From Candidatus Kaiserbacteria bacterium (lineage in GTDB: Bacteria; Patescibacteriota; Minisyncoccia; Phycocordibacterales; UBA2100), in the NCBI GenBank assembly GCA_016204805.1, contig JACQKA010000004.1, positions 1 to 12,576 on the forward strand: 12,576 nt of DNA, written 5' to 3'. The notes under the pieces were generated by a model. The model ran no database searches and was not told the origin of the DNA. It saw nothing but the letters and a program-made list of their open reading frames with translations. Each line of letters begins with the position of its first letter. Positions within the stretch are counted from its first letter, which is position 1. The position numbers and the translations under genes were made by a program. This document shows positions 6,273-11,457 of this stretch, one piece after another.

Positions 6273-6935
6273 CTAAAGACGTTCCCCTACTATACCCAAG
6301 AATTTCTCTACTTTCAACCGCTTCCGCGAAAGACATACAACTTTCCGTGAATAATACATCTTGCGTAAAATTTTGAGGGAATCTGCCTTGGCATATTTCA
6401 GTTGTTCGGTTATCCCTCTTCCGTCCCGTGTAACGTGCCCCAAAATGTTAAGCCGCTTGAAAATTTCACTTTGCAACCATTTGATGTGTACGTGGCTTGC
6501 CGAAACGAAGGTCGTGTAAAACATGAAGCTAGATCTCCATCGAGGATCCCAATATGCATACGAGCAGCCATCTCCATCGTAAGAGCCCCTCAAAAAATCC
6601 CAAAACAGTCTCTTTGGGATCTTGAGTGAGCCTATTGTTTTTGATTTTGCCGGTGTCAAACCAATCGAGAAAAGAAACTCATAAAAAAGTGCGTTTTTGA
6701 ACTGCACGCGATAGGCTGTCTTTCCATCGCCGTTCGACTTCACTCCGATTTTTAAGGGGACGCCGAGACACTTCGAAAAATTTCTGAGCTGCTCCTGGTC
6801 TTTAGACGTAAGATCAATCAGATGAAAATATGGCGTCATGCACCCATCAGAAGCAAGCAAGCCGATGGCATACGCGAGCTCAGGCGTCCACTCCGTTGAA
6901 AAAATCTTCTTTGGCTTTGGACCTCTCTTCCCCAT
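6273..6935 (-). CDS. Free-standing double-motif LAGLIDADG homing endonuclease-like protein
   Basis: The 220-aa ORF has two LAGLIDADG-type motifs, LAYAIGLLASDGC and FLRGSYDGDGC, about 100 aa apart. GC content is visibly lower than in the flanking genes. Confidence 0.85.
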   Translation of the reverse strand: MGKRGPKPKKIFSTEWTPELAYAIGLLASDGCMTPYFHLIDLTSKDQEQLRNFSKCLGVPLKIGVKSNGDGKTAYRVQFKNALFYEFLFSIGLTPAKSKTIGSLKIPKRLFWDFLRGSYDGDGCSYAYWDPRWRSSFMFYTTFVSASHVHIKWLQSEIFKRLNILGHVTRDGRGITEQLKYAKADSLKILRKMYYSRKVVCLSRKRLKVEKFLGIVGERL

Positions 6936-7015
6936 TTCTTAACGATAACATATCCTCAAGGTAATAGCGTCTACCAATTGTGGATAAATAGAAAATCACA
7001 CCTATGTGACGTGTG

Positions 7016-7456
7016 TTACTCCTTTTTGTCTTCTGCTCCAACAGCGACTTCTTCTGCCGAGGCTTCAGCGGAAACTTCTGCAGTATCTGCAGTGGATACG
7101 CCCATCTCAGACATGCGGCGGAGGGCGCGCTTTGCTTCGCGAGCGACTTTTTCACGTACGTAGTAGAGCTTGGCGCGACGGACTTTCGAGCGGCGCACGA
7201 TCTCGAGACTGTCGATCATCGGCGAGTACAGCGGGAATGTGCGTTCCACGCCGACACCGCTTGCGACTTTGCGTACGGTACATGTAGCCCCCGCTTCGCG
7301 CCCGTGCTTTACCGAAAGCACGAGGCCTTCAAATAACTGCAGGCGGGTCTTGCCTTTTTCCTGAATCTTTTGCGAGACACGCACAATGTCACCCGCGCGG
7401 ATACCGAGTTCCGCTCGTGTTTTCATGTTGACCGGTGAAATCACAACCCCTTTCAT
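7016..7456 (-). CDS. rplS: 50S ribosomal protein L19 (bL19) with an acidic/Ala-rich C-terminal tail
   Basis: The 146-aa ORF reads GDIVRVSQKIQEKGKTRLQLFEGLVLSVKHGREAGATCTVRKVASGVGVERTFPLYSPMIDSLEIV, typical of bL19. The tail reads MSEMGVSTADTAEVSAEASAEEVAVGAEDKKE. Confidence 0.9.
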   Translation of the reverse strand: MKGVVISPVNMKTRAELGIRAGDIVRVSQKIQEKGKTRLQLFEGLVLSVKHGREAGATCTVRKVASGVGVERTFPLYSPMIDSLEIVRRSKVRRAKLYYVREKVAREAKRALRRMSEMGVSTADTAEVSAEASAEEVAVGAEDKKE

Positions 7457-7464
7457 AGGTGCGC

Positions 7465-7493
7465 ACTGTAACAGACGAAATCCGATTCTGCAA
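7465..7493 (-). promoter_or_regulatory. Sigma-70-like promoter whose -10 lies 8 nt upstream of the rplS ATG
   Basis: On the minus strand, TTGCAG (7488-7493) is followed by a 17-nt spacer, TACAGT (7465-7470), gcgcacct and then the ATG. Confidence 0.45.
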
Positions 7494-7526
7494 CTCGAGT
7501 TGACCTCGTTTGCGTTACTGAAAGTA

Positions 7527-7545
7527 GCCGCGTTTACGACGCGGC
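7527..7545. terminator. GC hairpin overlapping the pseudouridine synthase stop codon
   Basis: GCCGCG-tttacga-CGCGGC, with the stop codon in the loop. On the plus strand it is followed by GTTTTGTTG. On the minus strand it is followed by CUACUUUCAG, a weaker U tract. It sits between the rluA-family gene and the rplS promoter. Confidence 0.35.
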
Positions 7546-8298
7546 GTTTTGTTGTAACTTTGAAAACTCCGGGGGAGTTGGCGCGGTGAATGTTTTTTTC
7601 TCACCGGACGGCAGTGTGAGCGTGAGCGAACGCGCGTGAAGCGCCGGCCGCGTAAATCCTAAGAAGCACACTCTTCCTTCTGCATACAGATGATCACACA
7701 CTATGGGATGATGAATCGCTTTTAAGTGCACACGGATCTGGTGGGTGCGTCCCGTTTTCGGACGTACTTCTATGTGCGTAATTTTTTCTCCCGTTTCCGG
7801 ATCGACACCACGCGCGAGCACGTTCCACTCGGTGATGGCCACGCGCAATTTCCCTTTCTTCCCGTATTGCGCAGACCATCTGCGCGGATCGGTTTTCGTT
7901 CTCCCTATTTCCATTTCGATGACGCCACTGTCTTCTTTCGGATGCCCGTATACGATCGCATCGTATACTTTTTCTATCGTTCTCCCTTGGAACTGTTGTT
8001 TTAAGAATTCATGCGCTTCCGGCGTCTTCGCGACGATCATCACGCCTGATGTCGTGCGATCCAAACGGTGTACGATCCCGGGGCGCGGAACGACTTCGCC
8101 TTGCGGCGACGTCCACGGTTCACCGACATCTTTGAGTGCCGGATATTTCTCCAGAATCCATTCGACAACGGATGGCTCTTTCGTACGCCCGTCGGAATGT
8201 ACGATGAGTCCGGCAGGTTTATTGACCACGAGCACGCCGCTGTCTTCGTACAACACTACAGGCTCGTTAGGCTCCCATTCTGCGCTCGCGTTGTTCAT
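7534..8298 (-). CDS. RluA-family pseudouridine synthase (catalytic domain only, no S4 domain)
   Basis: The motifs are VVNKPAGLIVH, HRLDRTTSGVMIVAK (catalytic Asp) and PKTGRTHQIRVHL. The track ORF extends to 8763, but that part lies in an alternative frame inside uppS. The first plausible start is the ATG at 8298 (MNNASAEWEPNEPVVLYED), which overlaps the uppS 3' end by 32 nt. Confidence 0.85.
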   Translation of the reverse strand: MNNASAEWEPNEPVVLYEDSGVLVVNKPAGLIVHSDGRTKEPSVVEWILEKYPALKDVGEPWTSPQGEVVPRPGIVHRLDRTTSGVMIVAKTPEAHEFLKQQFQGRTIEKVYDAIVYGHPKEDSGVIEMEIGRTKTDPRRWSAQYGKKGKLRVAITEWNVLARGVDPETGEKITHIEVRPKTGRTHQIRVHLKAIHHPIVCDHLYAEGRVCFLGFTRPALHARSLTLTLPSGEKKTFTAPTPPEFSKLQQNAAS

Positions 8299-9013
8299 AT
8301 TCGGTAAGTATAGAGTCGAGTATCGATTCGCTGAAATCCGGCCAATACTGGTCGATGAAGAACAGTTCGGAATAGATGGATTGCCACGTGAGAAATCCTG
8401 AAAGACGTTTCTCGCCGCCGGTACGGATGATGATGTCGGGGTCCGACATGCCCCCACACCAATCACATAAAGTTCTGTTTCGCTCGTCAGCCTTTCTTCC
8501 ACACTTCGGACATGCCGATTGGTGTGGGGGCATGCCCGCGGTCCACAGTTGCGCACCGATACTTTCTTCGGTGATATTCCCCGCCGCACGTGCCGCAGCG
8601 GCGATCTCGGTGCGACCGCCGTATGACAGGCACACCCACAGCGTGAGCGCAGTATTCTTTTCGCTTTCCTTTTCGATGCGTTCCATTGACGCTCGCATAT
8701 CGGCATCGAAACGTTTACGCTCCCCCACGAATCGTATCCGTATATTCTCTTTTGCGAGCTCAATAAAATGAGTTTCTACGATGTCACGAAAAAGCTTCAT
8801 CAGGTACGAAACTTCTTCCGCCGCGCGATTCCAATTTTCAGTTGAGAAAGCGTACACTGCGAGGTGCTTCACGCCGCGGTCGCGCACCCATCGCACAGTG
8901 TCGCGTAGTCGTTCGGCACCCTGCCGATGCCCTTCTAGAGTCGGCAATCCGTGCTCTTTCGCCCACCGGCGATTACCGTCGAGAATGATGCCGATACATG
9001 CAGGAGTTTTCAT
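8267..9013 (-). CDS. uppS: Undecaprenyl (isoprenyl) diphosphate synthase carrying a 28-aa in-frame insertion
   Basis: The cis-prenyltransferase motifs are GIILDGNRRWA, FSTENWNR and IIRTGGEKRLSGFLTWQSIYSELFF..WPDF. The insertion PPHQSACPKCGRKADERNRTLCDWCGGM interrupts LWTAGM|SDPDIIIRTGGE. Confidence 0.9.
   Translation of the reverse strand: MKTPACIGIILDGNRRWAKEHGLPTLEGHRQGAERLRDTVRWVRDRGVKHLAVYAFSTENWNRAAEEVSYLMKLFRDIVETHFIELAKENIRIRFVGERKRFDADMRASMERIEKESEKNTALTLWVCLSYGGRTEIAAAARAAGNITEESIGAQLWTAGMPPHQSACPKCGRKADERNRTLCDWCGGMSDPDIIIRTGGEKRLSGFLTWQSIYSELFFIDQYWPDFSESILDSILTEYEQRERRMGA
8447..8534. repeat. Perfect 18-bp inverted repeats flanking 52 bp, forming an 84-bp in-frame insertion in uppS
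   Basis: CATGCCCCCACACCAATC (8447-8464) and GATTGGTGTGGGGGCATG (8517-8534) are exact reverse complements. CATGCCC occurs as a direct repeat at 8447-8453 and 8531-8537. Deleting 8451-8534 (84 nt) restores the canonical UppS sequence. Confidence 0.8.
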
Positions 9014-9017
9014 AGTG

Positions 9018-9290
9018 TTAGAAAATGATTTTGAAACCGTCGAATGATTGTGTCGGTTCTTGCCACTCTACGCGCACATCGTCGACACGCGCAAGCAGTG
9101 GTCCCTTGCGTAATTTTTCTACAAGCCGTTCCAAGTCTTCTTTATTTCCTTGCGCGACGACCTCGACCGTCCCGTTGTCGAGATTGCGCACGATGCCAGC
9201 AAGTCGCAACCCACGCGCCTTACGCTGTACAAAATCGCGATACATCACCATCTGCACGCGGCCCTTTACGATGCAGTGAATTTCTTGCAT
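9018..9290 (-). CDS. acyP: Acylphosphatase
   Basis: The 90-aa ORF carries VKGRVQMVMYRDFV (V.G.VQGV.FR motif), GIVRNLDNGTVEVVAQG and GPLLARV. Confidence 0.85.
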   Translation of the reverse strand: MQEIHCIVKGRVQMVMYRDFVQRKARGLRLAGIVRNLDNGTVEVVAQGNKEDLERLVEKLRKGPLLARVDDVRVEWQEPTQSFDGFKIIF

Positions 9291-9296
9291 AGATAT

Positions 9297-9304
9297 AGTA
9301 TACT
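9297..9304. promoter_or_regulatory. Palindromic AGTATACT giving a TATACT -10-like hexamer on both strands
   Basis: The minus-strand TATACT (9297-9302) lies 6 nt upstream of the acyP ATG. The plus-strand TATACT (9299-9304) lies 8 nt upstream of tRNA-Val position +1. The -35 regions are weak on both sides. Confidence 0.3.
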
Positions 9305-9312
9305 CGCGACGA

Positions 9313-9388
9313 GGGCGGTTAGCTCAGCTGGTAGAGCAATTCGTTTACACCGAAAAGGTCGCGGGTTCGAGTCCTGCACCGCCCACCA
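9313..9388 (+). tRNA. tRNA-Val (anticodon TAC) with encoded CCA
   Basis: Hand fold: GGGCGGT TA GCTC AGCTGGTA GAGC A ATTCG TTTACAC CGAAA AGGTC GCGGG TTCGAGT CCTGC ACCGCCC A CCA. It is the only plus-strand gene in the window. Confidence 0.9.
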
Positions 9389-9400
9389 AAATATTTTGTG

Positions 9401-9472
9401 TGCCCTCGGTTGGAATCGAACCAACATCAACGGCTTAGAAGTCCGACGCACTATCCATTGTGCTACGAGGGC
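9401..9472 (-). tRNA. tRNA-Arg (anticodon TCT) with a weak anticodon stem and no encoded CCA
   Basis: Hand fold: GCCCTCG TA GCAC AATGGATA GTGC G TCGGA CTTCTAA GCCGT TGAT GTTGG TTCGATT CCAAC CGAGGGC A. The acceptor, D and T arms are canonical. The anticodon stem has only 3 Watson-Crick pairs, with T27/T43 and A31/G39 mismatched. Confidence 0.65.
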
Positions 9473-9481
9473 GTGTGCCTA

Positions 9482-10018
9482 TTATACGCGTCTCCCTTTG
9501 CCTTGGGGATATACAGCCGCCATCCAGCGGATAATCATGTTGTCTTTGTGTTCAATCCAGTCGGTTGTGAAATCAAACCACACGCGGAAAAAATGCCTGC
9601 GCGAGACGGTGCGCAGGTGTCCGATCTCTGGGTCCTGTAGATAAATGTTTTCGTCATCGAGACCAACCACAATAGAATAGTGTCCGTCGGGCATCTCGTC
9701 TTCCGCAGACCCTTCCGGCCCCGGCGAGAACCAATCGACAACAACTGGTATCTTTTTATCGAGCCATTCCTGGACATCTTCGTATGTTGCGTGATCTTTC
9801 ACTATGGCCTCAAGACCGAATTGCTTCAATTCTTTAAGAAATGTTTCGTTGGTGGTGCCGAGATCCGGGTCCGTACCCAAAACAGTTGCGAGTTCAAGAT
9901 CGGTCTTTTCCTGCCCCGGCAGATTCCAGAACATGAGTAGCATTTTGAGCGTCGCCGGAGCGCACAAGCTCTGGTTGAGATACGTCTCTTGAAACGGTTG
10001 TACGGGGAGAAGTTCCAT
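9482..10018 (-). CDS. Peptidase C39-like (papain-fold) cysteine peptidase domain protein
   Basis: The 178-aa ORF has a candidate nucleophile in QSLCAPATLKMLLMFW, a candidate His in DGHYSIVVGLD and a following IYLQDP. This layout resembles standalone C39-like domains. There is no signal peptide. Confidence 0.65.
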   Translation of the reverse strand: MELLPVQPFQETYLNQSLCAPATLKMLLMFWNLPGQEKTDLELATVLGTDPDLGTTNETFLKELKQFGLEAIVKDHATYEDVQEWLDKKIPVVVDWFSPGPEGSAEDEMPDGHYSIVVGLDDENIYLQDPEIGHLRTVSRRHFFRVWFDFTTDWIEHKDNMIIRWMAAVYPQGKGRRV

Positions 10019-10025
10019 GGGACGC

Positions 10026-10054
10026 AGTATAAAACACCCTTATAAATAAGGCAA
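10026..10054 (-). promoter_or_regulatory. Sigma-70-like promoter whose -10 lies 7 nt upstream of the C39-like peptidase ATG
   Basis: On the minus strand, TTGCCT (10049-10054) is followed by a 17-nt spacer, TATACT (10026-10031), gcgtccc and then the ATG. Confidence 0.45.
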
Positions 10055-10074
10055 GTTGGGAATTTTGGAATAAA

Positions 10075-10395
10075 TTACGCGGGGTCGGCAACACGCACCG
10101 GCTCGCTTTTCGCTTTTTCAAACTGCAATTTCCGCTGTTCATACAAATCGAGCACGGCCTGGATTTGTTCGCGGCGCAACGTATCAACACTATCTTGCGA
10201 AACGGCCGCCGGATTCGCTTCCGGTTCCCAGGGCGATACGATAGACCACAGTGCGAATGCAACAGCCGATATCAGTACGATCCCGCACAGTGAAAGCAAG
10301 AGATCCCAGTAGCGCTCCATAAGTGCCCGCTCGCACCCCGGATCATGCCGTGCGTGCCATTGCCACATCATGACGTTCAAAAAAGGTATTCTCAT
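10075..10395 (-). CDS. Hypothetical single-pass membrane protein, fourth gene of the pilMNO cluster
   Basis: The start at 10395 (MRIPFLNVMM...) gives a TAG-T-ATG junction with pilO, matching the TGA-T-ATG junctions of pilM/pilN and pilN/pilO. The TM segment is YWDLLLSLCGIVLISAVAFALWSIV. The start is uncertain, and the ATG at 10320 is an alternative. Confidence 0.5.
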   Translation of the reverse strand: MRIPFLNVMMWQWHARHDPGCERALMERYWDLLLSLCGIVLISAVAFALWSIVSPWEPEANPAAVSQDSVDTLRREQIQAVLDLYEQRKLQFEKAKSEPVRVADPA

Positions 10396-10396
10396 A

Positions 10397-10924
10397 CTAA
10401 CTATTTTCTGCATCAGCGTAGACGCGCACGGTCATACTCATATTCCATGTCTTTTCCACTTTCTCCAAACGGAATTGTTCGATATGCGAAGGCAGTGGCA
10501 GTGTTTCTAAAAGTGTGATGAATTGATACAGCCGTTCGAACAATCCGACTGCGGCGAGGTTGACCGAATATGATGAGAGTGTTGGATCTTCGGATGCAGG
10601 GGAACCCGGCGTCACCGCATTCACCGTAACAGTGACACGTGCACTGCGTCCCGCGTCTTCGATGACGCGGATGACTTCCACCGGGTCGTATCCGCTCGTG
10701 ATGCTGTTCAGCTGTTCCCTATCCGTGCCAATGTCCCGCAGGAGTGCGCGCACCGATGACGTGTATGCCTGGCGCTGTGCGGCTTCGTTGTACGAATATT
10801 GGAGTTCGGACAACGCGCTCCGGTCACTATACATCTGATATGCGAGATACCCCACAGCGCCTACAGCAACACCCGCAAGCAGTATCGTGATGAGCGTCAA
10901 GGAATATGGGTAGCGTAATCGCAT
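10397..10924 (-). CDS. pilO: PilO-like type IV pilus assembly protein
   Basis: The 175-aa ORF has an N-terminal TM segment (LTLITILLAGVAVGAVGYLAY), then a coiled-coil-like region and a ferredoxin-like C-terminal part. The call rests mainly on position after pilM-pilN and on topology. Confidence 0.6.
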   Translation of the reverse strand: MRLRYPYSLTLITILLAGVAVGAVGYLAYQMYSDRSALSELQYSYNEAAQRQAYTSSVRALLRDIGTDREQLNSITSGYDPVEVIRVIEDAGRSARVTVTVNAVTPGSPASEDPTLSSYSVNLAAVGLFERLYQFITLLETLPLPSHIEQFRLEKVEKTWNMSMTVRVYADAENS

Positions 10925-10925
10925 A

Positions 10926-11456
10926 TCAAAATGATCCGCTCGCGGTTATCGTGAACGCGCCGCCTTCGATATTCGCAAGCGAGGTCAGTGGTACGGTGAC
11001 TTTGTCGATGGGTGCTTTGCCCTTGAGCGCCTCTGAATATGCCCTGAATGCCGAAGGATCGGATGCGGCACCTGAAACCGAGAGTGTTGACGCGCCGTCT
11101 TTGCGTCCATATACGAACGTGCGCAGTGCGACACCTTTCGGACGGTTGCTCAGCAACATCGAAAATGCCACTGAAAGTTCTGCCTTCTTGCCTATGGTGC
11201 CGAGAGCCGCCGTGCGCTTGCGCATAGCAAGCAGTATTTCACGATCCGACCGATCGTTGTCTTTGGCACTCTGTAACGCCGCGAGTGCTTCGGCTTTCGC
11301 AATGCGTTCGGTATGAGCGCGCATATATGCGGGTACGAGACCGAATATCACAGCGATCGAGGCGAAGAAACATAGGAGCGCACCTGTGAGAACGGCACGC
11401 CCCACCATCGCACGGCTCTGCGTCTTCAGCTGTTCTTGTGGAATGAGATTTGCCAT
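10926..11456 (-). CDS. pilN: PilN-like type IV pilus assembly protein
   Basis: The true start is the ATG at 11456 (MANLIPQEQLK), which gives the N-terminal NL(I/L)P motif that binds PilM, followed by a single TM segment. The track ORF extension to 11591 overlaps pilM. Confidence 0.7.
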   Translation of the reverse strand: MANLIPQEQLKTQSRAMVGRAVLTGALLCFFASIAVIFGLVPAYMRAHTERIAKAEALAALQSAKDNDRSDREILLAMRKRTAALGTIGKKAELSVAFSMLLSNRPKGVALRTFVYGRKDGASTLSVSGAASDPSAFRAYSEALKGKAPIDKVTVPLTSLANIEGGAFTITASGSF

Positions 11457-11457
11457 A

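Noticed and set aside
6157-6336. Upstream extension of the purB N-terminal ORF (track ORF 5635-6336)
   Set aside because: The extension reads straight through the tRNA-Leu gene and the 3' end of the LAGLIDADG gene, so it is an open-frame artefact. The tail from 5635 to 5742 is the out-of-frame continuation past the frameshift.
6158-6935. The idea that the LAGLIDADG ORF is carried by a group I intron in tRNA-Leu
   Set aside because: tRNA-Leu(GAG) folds as a complete, uninterrupted 84-nt cloverleaf, and the ORF lies wholly upstream of it with a 31-nt gap.
8299-8763. N-terminal 155 codons of the 409-aa ORF 7534-8763
   Set aside because: This part lies in an alternative frame entirely inside uppS and translates to Arg/Cys/Ser-rich sequence with no motifs. 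The pseudouridine synthase domain begins right after the Met at 8298.
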